Source of the DNA: Malacoraja senta | Taxonomy: Eukaryota | Reading direction: 5' to 3' | Assembly (NCBI GenBank): GCA_038087875.1 | Contig: CM075994.1 | Location: 9,426,001-9,490,000, forward strand | Length of the DNA: 64,000 nucleotides | Shown here: piece by piece, positions 1-11,933 of the stretch | Numbering within the stretch: position 1 is the stretch's first letter | How the letters are laid out: every line of letters begins with the position of its first letter | Program-made: the position numbers and the translations under genes | The notes under the pieces: model-generated | The model's input: only the letters and a program-made list of their open reading frames with translations | Told to the model about the DNA's origin: nothing | Database searches by the model: none

Positions 1-1610
1 TGGTCAAAGTTGACTGGAAAGATACCCTAGCAGGGATGACAGTGGAACAACAATGGCAGGTATTTCTGGGAATAATACAGAAGGTGCAGGATCAGTTCAT
101 TCCAAAGAGGAAGAAAGATTCCAAGGGGAGTAAGGGGCGACCGTGGCTGACAAGGGAAGGCAAGGACAGTATAAAAATAAAAGAGAAGAAGTACAACGTA
201 GCAAAGATGAGCGGGAAGCCAGAGGATGGGGTAACATTTAAAGAGCAACAGAAGATAACTAAAAAGGCAATATGGAGAGAAAAGATGAGGTACGAAGGTA
301 AGCTAGCCACGAATATTAAGGAGGATAGTAAAAGCTTCTTTAGGTAAGTGAAGAGGAAAAAACTAGTTAAGGCCAAAGTTGGACCCTTGAAGACTGAAAA
401 GGGTGAAATTATTATGGGGAACAAGGAAATGGCAGATCTGTTAAACAGGTACTTTGGATCTGTCTTCACAAAGGAGGACACAAACAATCTCCCTGGTATT
501 AGAATTCATTTGATAAGGTCCCACATGGGAGGTTAGTGGGCAAAATTAGAGCACATGGTATTGGGGTAGGGTGCTGACGGATAGAAAATCAGTTGGCAGA
601 CAGGAAACAAAGGGTAGGAATTAACGGGTCCCTTTCAGAATGGCAGGCAGTTGCCAGTGGGGTACCGCAAGGCTCGGTGCTGGGACCGCAGCTATTTGCA
701 ATATACATCAATGATTTAGATGAAGGGATTAAAAGTACCATTAGCAAATTTACAGATGACGCAAAGCTGGGTGGCAGTGTGAACTGTGAGGAGGATGCTA
801 TAAGGATGTAGGGTGACTTGGACAGGTTTGGTGATTGGGCAGATGCATGGCAGATGCAGTGTAATGTGGATAAATGTGAGGTTATCCACTTTGGTGGCAA
901 AAACAGGAAAGCAGATTGTTATCTAAATGGTGTCAAATTGGGAAAAGACGAAGTACAACGGGATGTGGGAGTCCTTGTTCATCAGTCACTGAAAGTAAGC
1001 ATGCAGGTACAGCAGGCAGTGAATAAAGCGAATGGCATGTTGGCCTTCATAACACGAGGAGTTGAGTATAGGAGCAAAGAGGTCCTTCTGCAGTTGTACA
1101 GGGCTCCAGAGAGACCACACCTGGAGTATTGCGTGCAGTCTTGGTCTCCAAACTTTAGGAAGGACATTTTCTTGCTATTGAGGGAGTGCAGCGTAGGTTC
1201 ATGAGGTTAATTCCTGGGATGGAGGGACTGTCATATTCTGAGAGAATCGAGCGGCTGGGCTTGTATACTCTGGAATTTAGAAGGATGAGAGGTTATCTTA
1301 TTGAAACATATAAGATTATTAAGGGTTTGGACACGCTTGAGGCAGGAAACATGTTCCCAATGTTGGGCGAGTCAAGAATCAGGGGCCACAGTTTAAGAAT
1401 AAGTGGTAAGCCATTTAGAAACGGAGATGAGGAAAAACCTTTTCACACAGAGAGTTGTGTGTGTGTGGGAATTCTCTGCCTCAGAGGGCGGTGGATGCTG
1501 GTTCTCTGGATGCTTTCAAAGAGTTAGATAGAGCTCTTAGGGATAGCGGAGTCAGGGGATATGGAGAGAAGGCAGGAACGGGTACTGATTGTGGGTGATC
1601 AGCCATGGAA
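1..1610 (+). mobile_element. CR1-clade LINE ORF2/3' end fragment, degenerate, with an internal deletion near 500
   Basis: Fragmented ORFs with CR1 RT motifs ([45 protein letters not shown]) and a CR1-type 3' end. Confidence 0.92.
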
Positions 1611-1614
1611 CCCG

Positions 1615-1905
1615 GGTTGATGCCTCACTGCTCCAGAGACCCGGGTTCCATCCTGAATACGGGCGCTGTCTGTACGGAGTTTGCACGTTCTCCCAGTGAC
1701 CTGCGTGGGTTTTCCCCGGGTGCTCCGGTTTCGTCCCACTCACACTCCAAACACGTGCGGGTTTGCAGGTTAATTTGCTTCTGTAAAAATTGTCAGTTGT
1801 CCCTGGTGTGTAGGATAGTGTTAGTGTACGGGGTGATCGCTGGTCGGGGCGGACTCGATGGGCCGAAGGGCCTGTTTCCGCGCTGTATCTCTAAACTAAA
1901 CTAAA
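1615..1905 (+). mobile_element. tRNA-derived SINE (HE1-like), 5' end clipped
   Basis: B-box-like GGTTCCATCC, core GGAGTTTGCACGTTCTCCC, CR1-like 3' tail GGGCCGAAGGGCCTGTTTCC and (CTAAA)n end. Confidence 0.8.
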
Positions 1906-1964
1906 TTCTGTGCCAAGAGCTAACGTGCAACTTGCTTGCTATCCGTCAGGGAAATCCCATGCTT

Positions 1965-2790
1965 TAGAAACAAGGAACTGCAGATGCTGGTTTACACAAA
2001 ATAAAAGGCACAAAGTGCTGGAATAATTCAGCGAGTCATGCAGTATCTCTGGAGAACATGGACAGGTGACGATTTGGGTCGGGACCCTTCTTCAGACTGC
2101 TGATCTGATCGCTTAGAACGCAAAGCAAAGGCTTATTATCAAAGTAGACACTAAAAGCTGCAGTAACCTTGAAGAACGACGCAGCAAGCTGGAGTAACTC
2201 AGCGGGACAGGCAGCATCTCTGGAGAGAAGGAATGGGTGACCTTTCGGGTCGAGACCCTTCAGTCTGAAGGAGACCCGAAACGTCACCCATTCCTTCTCT
2301 CCAGAGATGCTGCCTGTCCCGCTGAGTCACTCCAGCGTGTTGTGTATATCTTCGGTTTGAACCAGCGTCTGCAGTTCCTTCCGACACGTTACTGATTGAA
2401 GAAGGACACAAAATGCTGGAGCAACTCATCTGGTCAGGCAGCATCTCTGGAGAACATGGATAGGTACAAAGTGCTGGAGCAAGTCAGCGGGACAGGCAGC
2501 ATCTCTGGAGAACATGGATAGGTACAAAGTGCTGGAGTAACTCAGCGGGTCAGGCAGCATCTCTGTAGAAGAGGAATGGGGAGATGTTGGGTCAGCACCC
2601 CAATATCATCAGGTAACAATCCCACGAACCAAAACTTGGCCAGTCATGTCCCTTCACGCCCCTAGAAGGTCCCTTAACTCCCCCAGAAAGAACTGATGAA
2701 GGGTCCGGACCCGAAACGTCACCTATACATGTTCTCCAGAGATGCCGCCTGACCTGCTGAGGTACTCCAGCATTTTTTGTGTCTTTTTTT
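1965..2790. mobile_element. Cluster of Penelope-derived short repeats in both orientations, partly tandem
   Basis: Repeated CTGAAGAAGGGTCTCGACCCGAAACGTCACC...AGAGATGCTGCC...GAGTTACTCCAGCA module, dispersed throughout the window. Confidence 0.65.
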
Positions 2791-2894
2791 TTAATCAATG
2801 CTTTAGAGATCACAAAACCAAACTCAAACTGAAATTTGTCCCGGTAGACTTATCTAATATGCTTTGGTGGCCTATGTCAGAGTTTTGTTTCTGA

Positions 2895-3302
2895 ATGCAC
2901 ACATTAACACTATCCTACACACACAAGGGACAATTTCCAATTAATCCAAGCCAAATAATCTACAAAGCCGTACGTCATTCGAGTGTAGAAGTTTAATTTA
3001 GTTTAGATTAGAGAAACAGCGCGGAAACTTGCCCTTCGGCCCACCGATTCCGCACTGAACAGCGATTCCCGCATACTTAACACTATCCTACACACACTAG
3101 GGTGTGTGGGAATTTACAAATATTTCCGAAGCCAATTAGCCGACAAACCCAGTGCGTTTTAGGAGTGTGGGAGGAAACCGGAGCTCCCGGATAAATCCCA
3201 CGCAGGTCACGGGGAGAACGCGCGAACTCCGTACAGACTGCACAGGTTCGAAGTCGGGTCTCTGTCGCTGTGAGGCGGCAACTCTACCGCTGCGCCACCG
3301 TG
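2895..3302 (-). mobile_element. HE1-like tRNA SINE(s), one near complete plus a partial copy
   Basis: Reverse complement begins CACGGTGGCGCAGCGGTAGAGTTGCCGCCTCACAGCG; same body as 1615-1905. Confidence 0.8.
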
Positions 3303-3431
3303 AGAGGTTGAGGTAACTGTGCCTCCTCTTTCTCCCACCGGTCCTCCGCTCCATCGCATTAATCTCTCCCTCTATTTTCCTCTTTATCCCCCCCTCTCTC
3401 CAGACATTTCGGCTTCAAGATACACCCCATG

Positions 3432-4100
3432 GTCAGGGGAGTCAGGGGGATATGGGGAGAAGGCAGGAACGGGGTACTGATTGGGGATGATCAGCCATGA
3501 TCACATTGAATGGCGGTGCTGGCTCGAAGGGCCAAATGGCCTACTCCTGCACCTATTGTCTATTGTCTATTGTCCAGAGCACTAATGAGACCACACCTGG
3601 AGTATTGTGTGCAGTTTTGGTCCCCCTAATTTGAGGAAGGACATTCTTGTTATTGAGGGAGTGCAGCGTAGGTTCACCAAGTTAATTCCCGGGATGGCGG
3701 GACTGTCATATACTGTGAGAATGGAGCAGCTGGGCTTGTATACTCTGGAGTTTAGAAGGATGAGAGGGTATCTTATTGAAACATATAAGATTATTAAGGG
3801 TTTGGAAAGCTTAAAAATAAGGGGTAAGCCATTGAGAACTGAGATGAGGAAACACTTTTTCACACAGAGAGTTGTGAGTCTGTGGAATTTTCTGCCTCAG
3901 AGGGCGGTGGAGGCCGGTTCTCTGGATACTTCCAAGAGAGAGCAAGATAGAGCTCTTAAAGATACCGGAGTCAGGTGATATGGGGAGAAGGAGGGAACGG
4001 GGTACAGATTGTGGATGATCAGTCGTGATCACATTGAATGGCGGTGCTGGCTCGAAGGGCCGAATGGCATACTCCTGCACCTATTGTCTATTGTCTATGT
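3432..4100 (+). mobile_element. Two adjacent CR1 3'-end fragments
   Basis: ORF 3607-3978 is a CR1 ORF2 C-terminus; both end in the CR1 3' hairpin region and (CTATTGT)n tail. Confidence 0.88.
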
Positions 4101-4490
4101 AAACAACCTTCCTGGATTGAAGGAAACGAGGAGAATGTGCTGTGTGGGGGTGGGGAGGGGGGGGGGGGGTTGGAAAGTTCAGATTGGATCCAACAGGGTG
4201 GTTAAACTTTCGAGGTGGGTTGGCTTAAATAAAGATGCTGTCGCTTTAACCTCTGGGGTTGGTTCCAGTCTGTCAGGGCACACAGTTGGGAGCCGGGTCC
4301 GGATAATGATGAGAATTTGCAGCCATTTGAACCGCAGCCAAACTAGAGGCTTCACTCAGGAGTGGATCGCAGCTCCCCAGCTGACGGGACCTGTTCTCGC
4401 TCTGTTTGAAGGAGGCGCCGCCCGTGGGCAAACGCGGAGCCAACCCGTGATATGAGTGGGAGCATTTTCTCAATCAGACTTTGTTGACAG

Positions 4491-4888
<398 letters not shown>

Positions 4889-5323
4889 GATGCCGCACAG
4901 ATGGAACAGTTTAATAACAACACATTAAAATCCGCCCTTCGGCCACTCGGCAACCTGCGCTGGTCTGATCTGTCCAGCCCTCTCGCTAGCTCGCTGCGTG
5001 CCCGATCCTAACGCAGAACCTCCACAAAACCTGTGGGCTTCAGGTAACACCTGCACCAAGAGCCTCTGCTAACAAGGGCTGGTGAACTGTGCTGTTCAAC
5101 ATGCACTGGGCGAGATGGCTGGGGGAAACACACCACAACCACCGCAAACTTGGAACAACACAGACCCTCCACTCAATCTATTCAATACTAAAGGGCAGGC
5201 ATCTCACAGTTAAATGTCTTATATCAGATTGGCGGCTCCTTCACAGGCCCAACCCTGTACTTAGTTTTCCTCGGAGATGAATCTTTGCCTTAACGGTACA
5301 TTCCCACCACCTGTAGGTGAAGC

Positions 5324-6642
5324 ATCATTGGACAAAGTCAGCATGGATTTACGAAAGGTAAATCATATCTGACGAATCTTATAGAATTTTCGAGGATGTA
5401 ACTAGTAGAGTGGATAGGGGAGAACCAGTGGATGTGTTGTCTCTGGACTTTCAGAAGTCTTTCGACAAGGTCCCACATAAGAGATTAGTATACAAACTTA
5501 AAGCACACGGTATTGGGGGTTCAGTGTTGATGTGGATAGAGAACTGGCTGGCAAACAGGAAGCAAAGAGTAGGAGTAAACGGGTCATTTTCACAATGGCA
5601 GGCAGTGACTAGTGGGGTACCGCAGGCTCAGTGCTGGGACCCCAGCTATTTACAATTTATATTAATGAACTGGATGAGGGAATTGAAGGCAACATCTCCA
5701 AGTTTGCGGATGACACTAAGCTGGGGGCAGTGTTAGCTGTGAGGAGGATGCTAGGAGACTGCAAGGTGACTTGGATACGCTGGGGTGAGTGGGCAAATGT
5801 TTGACAGATGCAGTATAATGTGGATAAATGTGAGGTTATCCACTTTGGTGGCAAAAACAGGAGAGCAGACTATTATCTAAATGGTGGCCGATTAGGAAAA
5901 GGGGAGATGGAGCGAGACCTGGGTGTCATGGTACACCAGTCATTGAAAGTAGGCATGCAGGTGCAGCAGGCAGTGAAGAAAGCGAATGGTATGTTAGCTT
6001 TCATAGCAAAAGGATTTGAGTATAGGAGCAGGGAGTTTCAACTGCAGTTGTACAGGGTCTTGGTGAGACCACACCTGGAGTATTGCGTACAGTTTTGGTC
6101 TCCAAATCTGAGGAAGGACATTATAGCCATAGAGGGAGTGCAGAGAAGGTTCACCAGACTGATTCCTGGGATGTCAGGACTTTCATATGAAGAAAGACTG
6201 GATAGACTTGGCTTATACTCGCTAGAATTTAGGAGAGTGAGAGGGGATCTTATAGAAACGTACAAAATTCTTATGGGGTTGGACAGGCTAGATGCAGGAA
6301 GATTGTTCCCGATGTTGGGGAAGTCCAGGACAAGGGATCACAGCTTAAGGATAAGGGGGAAATCCTTTAAGACCGAGATGAGAAAAAACCTTTTCACACA
6401 GAGAGTGGTGAATCTCTGGAACTCTCTGCCACAGAGGGTAGTTCAGGCCAGTTCATTGGCTATACTTAAGAGGGAGTTAGATGTGGCCCTTGTGGCTAAA
6501 GGGATCAGGGGGTATGGAGAGAAGGCAGGTACGGGATACTGAGTTGGATGATCAGCCATGATCATATTGAATGGCGGTGCAGGCTCAAAGGGCCGAATGG
6601 CCTACTCCTGCACCTATTTTCTATGTATCTATGTATCTATGT
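5324..6642 (+). mobile_element. 5'-truncated CR1 LINE, same subfamily as 29483-32678
   Basis: RT motifs ([20 protein letters not shown]), ORF 5808-6542, (CTATGTAT)n tail, flanking AAGCATCA at 5320-5327 and 6643-6650. Confidence 0.93.
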
Positions 6643-7164
6643 AAGCATCAGCCCACATCACACTGATACAGTCGCTGCCTGCCTCAGATTCAATATATTT
6701 TTACACATAAATTATGATTAAAGATAAGAAAATGTTTCATACACAAGTAATATTTTCTTATTCCAGTAGCAAACACATTAAGGATTATATGAAAATAATA
6801 AATTCTTTAACTTTATGAATCTCATAATTGCAGAATAATGAACTGAACTAGAACTGGGACTGTGTGAGTCACGTGTGTGAACAGCAGAACAAGACAGGAA
6901 GCTGTAGAGTTGACAGAATTCTAGATTACTTCCTTGGTGGAATAGTTAACAATTTATACACAGTTTATACAGCGGTGAGTTCGCTTGCTTATCCCGAATG
7001 ACCTTTGACAAATCCCATGATTCCTTGCGTTAACCGAGATACCGAACTTGCTTATCGGTCCGTACACACACATTCGCTCCGCTGGCGAGAATGTTTATCC
7101 CGAATGACCCATGACCTGGGCAGTTGTAATACCGAGTTTGCTTATTCAAGGACGTTCCTTTAGG

Positions 7165-7420
7165 AAAGAGAGGAGGAGGAATATCTTCAGTCAGAGGGTG
7201 GTGAATCTGTGGAATTCATTTCCACAGAAGGCTCTGGAGGCCAAGTCAATTGATATTTTTAAGGCATAGATAGATTCTTGATTAGTACGGGTGTCAGAGG
7301 TTATGGGGAGAAGGCAGGAGAAGGGGGATAGGAGGGAGAGATAGATCAGCCAATATTGAATGGTGGAGCAGACATGATGGGCCAAATGGCCTTATTCTGC
7401 TCCTATCACTTATGACCATC
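7165..7420 (+). mobile_element. CR1 3' fragment
   Basis: TCAGAGGGTGGTGAATCTGTGGAATTC (QRVVNLWNS) and CR1 3' UTR. Confidence 0.8.
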
Positions 7421-7477
7421 TGACACGAGTGCTATGTTATCCCACTTTCACATCCAGTTGGACAATTGACAACTGTC

Positions 7478-8250
7478 AATAGACAATAGACAACGGGTGC
7501 AGGAGTAGGAGTAGGCCATTCGGCCCTTCGAGCCAGCAGCGCCATTCAATGTGATCATGGCTGATCATCCACAATCAGTACCCCGTTCCTGCCTTCTCCC
7601 CATATCCCCTGACTCCGCTATCTTTAAGAGCCCAATCTAGCTCTCTCTTGAAAGTATCCAGAGAACTGGCCTCCATCGTCCTCTGAGGCAGAGAATTCCA
7701 CAGACTCACCACTCTGTGTGAGAAAAAGTGTTTCCTCGTCTCCGTTCTAAATGGCTTACCCCTTATTCTTAAACTGTGGTTCCTGGTTCTGGACTCCCCC
7801 AACATTGGGAACGTTTCCTGCCTCTAGGAAAGAGGTATTATGGGACAGGTTTGGAGGGATATGGATCAAACGCAGGCAGGTGAGACTAGTGTAGCTGGGA
7901 CATGTTGGCCAGTGTGAGCAAGTTGGGCCGAAGGGCCTGTTTTTGAAAGAGAAAAAAAATCACGTGATCAGTCTGAAGAAGGGTTTCGGCCCGAAACGTT
8001 GCCTATTTCCTTCGCTCCATAGATGCTGAGTTTCTCCAGCACGTTTGTCTACCTTTCATGCCTCTAGCGTGTCCAAACCTTTAATAATCTTATATGTTTC
8101 AATAAGATCCCCTCTCATCCTTCTAAACTCCAGAGTATACAAGCCCAGCCGCTCCATTCTCTCAGCATATGACAGTCCCGCCATCCCGGGAATTAACATG
8201 GTGAACCTACGCTGCACTCCCTCAACAGCAAGAATGTCCTTCCTCAAATT
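7478..8250 (-). mobile_element. CR1 3' fragment interrupted at ~7826-8057 by short CR1 and Penelope-derived pieces
   Basis: ORFs 8056-8247 and 7575-7805 are contiguous parts of the CR1 ORF2 C-terminus; TGCCTCTAG is repeated on both sides of the interruption. Confidence 0.85.
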
Positions 8251-8252
8251 AG

Positions 8253-8650
8253 GCGGATGTCATCCTCAAACTGACACCTGTCAACTGTCAGAGGCCGGGA
8301 CCCTGTCACGTGAATGTTGACCTGGCTGTTGACAGTGGTCAGTTGTCCAGCTGGTGCTCTTCCCATTAACGAGAGCTCACGAACCATTTTTTCCCTCTAC
8401 CAGATGCCCGTGTGGTTTAAATGTTGGTTTGACAATAAAACTATTTTACTCTACCTGTTTGGTCTCGCTACATTCCGATGGTCTGAACGTATTCGGATCG
8501 GCCGTTATGGACGCAGCCAATAACCTCGACGCCGACCCGACCCAGCTAAACACAGTCTCACTAAAGCTGCCTGTTTTCCGGGCGTCACAGCCTCAAGTAT
8601 GGTTCCAGCACATCGAGGCCCGGTTCGACTCATTACCGCCAGATAATTTA
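8253..8650 (+). mobile_element. Gypsy-type LTR retrotransposon remnant (LTR 3' part plus gag N-terminus)
   Basis: AATAAA followed by a ...CTCGCTACA LTR-like end near 8472; peptide VSLKLPVFRASQPQVWFQHIEARF resembles the KLPxFW..P..WF.Q.EA.F gag start. Confidence 0.55.
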
Positions 8651-8719
8651 ACGTGGTCGGCGTCTACCAGCAGGGTGTGGGCCCGTGGAAAATCGGCCCC
8701 TAACAATGATTGGGAGACA

Positions 8720-9075
8720 TTGGCGATGGTGAAATACCATTTTGGAGTAATTCTGGATATCACAGACACGCATGCACGCAGACAAGATAAGTGTTTTAGT
8801 AATATACTAGAAAGTGGGGTTTTTGAAAACTGATAAATATCTGACGGTAATGAGTTGAACCTGTAACTGGGCCACGATGTGCTGGAACCATACTTCAGTT
8901 TGTGACGCCCAGAAAACGGGCAGCTTTAGTGAGACTGACTTTTGCTGGGCCGGGGTTTTGAAAAGTATTAAATGTCAATATCTTGTAAAATATACCATCA
9001 ATCTGAACGAAACTTGACACAGGACAATGGTGAGTAAGGTGGTATTTTAGTGCTATTGTATACCATTTTGGAAAC
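8720..9075 (-). mobile_element. Fragments of Helitron family A, minus strand
   Basis: Reverse complement CTAG|TATATTACTAAAAC...TCTTG at ~8817 and the CCACCTTACTCACCATTGTCCTGTG body match the family A units at 18014 and 29187. Confidence 0.65.
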
Positions 9076-9077
9076 AG

Positions 9078-9208
9078 CAGCACCCGGAAAAAACCTACGC
9101 AGTCACAGGAGAACATGTAAACTCCATACAGACGACACCCGTGGTCAGGATGGAACCCGGGTCTCTGGCGCCGCGAGGGATCAACTCTACCGCTGCACCA
9201 CCGTGCCG
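9078..9208 (-). mobile_element. HE1-like tRNA SINE 5' part
   Basis: Reverse complement GCGGCACGGTGGTGCAGCGGTAGAGTTG...GACCCGGGTTCCATCC (A and B boxes). Confidence 0.8.
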
Positions 9209-9461
9209 CAGAATTACACAGTGTAGTAATAATATGTGAGACAGTTTATAAAATTGCTTTGAAGAATTTGATAGAGGCTTTGACAGATTCTTGATTAGTA
9301 CAGGTGTCAGGGGTTATGGGGAGAATGGGGTTGAGTGGGAAAGATAGATCGGCCATGATTGATGGGTGGAGTAGACTTGATGGGGCCGAATGGCTTAATC
9401 CTGCTCCTGGAACTTATGAAAGAAAGAAATACGCTCACATTTTTTTTTTCAAAATCAATAC

Positions 9462-9467
9462 TTTATT
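9462..9467 (-). terminator. Candidate polyadenylation signal (AATAAA) of the Ly6 gene
   Basis: TTTATT on + strand, ~235 nt downstream of the stop codon in unique AT-rich sequence. Confidence 0.55.
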
Positions 9468-9700
9468 GAGATGCGGCAACAGATGAACAGAATAATGGTA
9501 CAAGCTCCAAGTTATATGATTATTATAATTATACAGATTATTAAAATATCGAGCATTGTGGATGAGGGTTACTGATTTTGAAATGAAAAGGATTTGCACA
9601 TCTGTTAGATTAAGTTGCTCATCTCTTGGAAATCAAGTGTTAAGACCCATTATCCCTGATCTTCAGACAAAAAGCACCCAGAAGATTGCACTTTGCATTA

Positions 9701-9903
9701 TTATTCTGCACTTGCTTCACATAAATATTGCGAACCCGACTGAGACCAGAGTAGGGACAGCAGCAGAGATAATTTAACTTGGTCACTCGCGTTGCAGAGG
9801 TCAGCATTGCAACATTTGTTAGAACCTGAGGCACCATTATAAGCTGGCAGTTTATTACAATCAGCAAGGGTCATACATCCAGCGTTGTAAATTGTAGCAC
9901 CAG
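9701..9903 (-). CDS. Ly6/uPAR (three-finger) protein, last coding exon
   Basis: Acceptor ttctgtttttccag, phase 1; encodes AGATIYNAGCMTLADCNKLPAYNGASGSNKCCNADLCN (CCxxDLCN signature) plus C-terminal tail. Confidence 0.9.
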
Positions 9904-9959
9904 CTGGAAAAACAGAATGGACAGTTAAATAATTTCTGTGTTCATAGTTCATGTACAAT

Positions 9960-10700
9960 TTTAGAGTGATACAGTGTGGTAACAGGCCCTTCGGCCCAAC
10001 TTGCCCACACTGGCCAACATGTCTCAGCTACACTAGTCTCACCTGCCTGCGCTTGGTCCATATCCCTCCAAATCTGTCCCATCCATGTACCTGTCTAACT
10101 GTTTCTTAAACGTTGCGATAGTCCCAGCCTCAACTACCTCCTCTGGCAGCTTGTTCCATACACCCCACCACCCTTTGTGTGAATGCCACTGAGTTTTCAC
10201 ATTTCTACGAGTAAATCAGCTATTTATTCAATAGACAATAGACAATAAACAAGAGGTGCAGGAGTAAGCCATTCAGCCCTTCGAGCCAGCACCGCCATTC
10301 AATGTGATCATGGCTGATCATCCCCAATCAGTACCCCGTTCCTGCCTTCTCCCCATATCCCCTAACTCCGCTATCTTTAAGAGCCCTATCTAGCACTCTC
10401 TTGATATTCACAGAATCGCACAGTCTTAACATCTTTACGAGGATGTTGCCAGGACAAGAGGGTGTGAGCTATAGGGAGAGGTTGAGCAGGCTGGGTCTCT
10501 ATTCCTTGGAGCGCAGGAGGATGAGGGGTGATCCTGCAGAAGTGTATAGAATCTTGAGCGAAATAGATCGGGTAGATGCACAGAGTCTCTTGCCCATAGT
10601 AGTTGAATTGAGAACAGGTTTAAGGTGAAGGGGGAAAAGATTTAATAGGAATCTGAGCGGTAACCTTTTCACACAAAGGGTGGTGGGTGTATGTTTCCGC
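9960..10700. mobile_element. Three CR1 3' fragments (two minus, one plus) in the Ly6 last intron
   Basis: CR1 3' UTR motifs; ORF 10401-10628 contains LGLYSLERRRMRGD. Confidence 0.8.
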
Positions 10701-10749
10701 GCTGTATCTCTAAACTAGAGGTGTGCATCTCAAATTGGTTCTCACTTAC

Positions 10750-10857
10750 CAGTCTTCTTAACCCCAATGTGGCATTGATCCTCCACAGTGCATTTAGTAT
10801 TTTTACCATCGCATCTATCTGTTGTTGAATTGCAAGAGTAACACTCCAAACAGTTAC
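10750..10857 (-). CDS. Ly6/uPAR protein, middle coding exon
   Basis: Acceptor ttttgttctcaatgtacag, donor G|gtaagtgag, 108 nt, phase 1-1; encodes NCLECYSCNSTTDRCDGKNTKCTVEDQCHIGVKKT (LxCYxC LU-domain start). Confidence 0.9.
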
Positions 10858-11933
10858 CTGTACATTGAGAACAAAACAGATGAGGTTGTGTGAGAGACTC
10901 CTGTAGCTCGTTCTGCTGCTGCTCTGAAAACGAGCAACTCCTTTCAATAAACATAGAACAGTACCGACACAAAATGCTGGAGTAACTCAGCGGGTCAGGC
11001 AGCCTCTCTGGAGAAGAGTGTAGGTGATGTTTTGGTCGAGACCCTCGCTCACCCAAGTGGTTGTACTGGCTTGTAAGTCGTCTAGTTGAGTCTCATTGTC
11101 TGTAACTCGTTCTCTCCCAACCCACAGCTAACAATGGCCTCTTTCCTCTATCATCTTAACTTTTTTGCATAATATTCATTCATCTATCTTCAATCTATAT
11201 ATTACTTAAGCTCTCATCTTGTTTGTTTGGATGTCTGCGTGGGAGTGAGACACTGAAATTACACCAAAACGGTACACGATAACGCTACAATCTTGGACCA
11301 CCTAACTCACAATTGTCTTGTGGTGTGTTTTTATCAAGTTTCGTTCAGATTTATGTTATATTTCACAAGTTATTCACATTTAAAACTTTACAAAATCCAG
11401 TTTGACAAAGAATAGTAAGATTAAACGAGAACTTACCAGTTGGAAGTTTGATCTTTATTTTATGAGGAGTTACGATGAGCGATTACGTGAAGAAGGCCGT
11501 CAACCCGCATGCACATCAATCTTCAAAGCAGCGGTGTGAAATCACAGATAACAGTTGTTGAACTAACATAGTAAGATTAGAGATGACTAGAACTACCAGA
11601 TGATCTTTATGATACGAGGGTTGGGAGCGGAGTGCACGTAATCGCTCATCGTAACTCCTCATAAAATAAAGATCAAACTTCAAACTGGTAAGTTCTCGTT
11701 TAATCTTACTATTTTACTTCGGCGTCACGTGAGTGACTACGTGAATATTTTAAAGCTCTGTGATTTCATGCCGTGGAAACGAGTCCATGCGTCACACACT
11801 GCATCAGTTGACCAGGATGAGTGAAAATAATTAATGCATACAGACATGACATAGATACAAAATGCTGATACTTTAATAATCAAAGAAAATAATAGTGACC
11901 CCTCTCACCCAGGGGGAAACTATAAAACAGAAC

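Noticed and set aside
4890..5050. Possible non-coding first exon ending CAG|GTAACA on the + strand
   Set aside because: No downstream + strand exons found; a donor-like site alone is insufficient
9150..9208. tRNA gene
   Set aside because: A/B boxes belong to the SINE head; no complete cloverleaf
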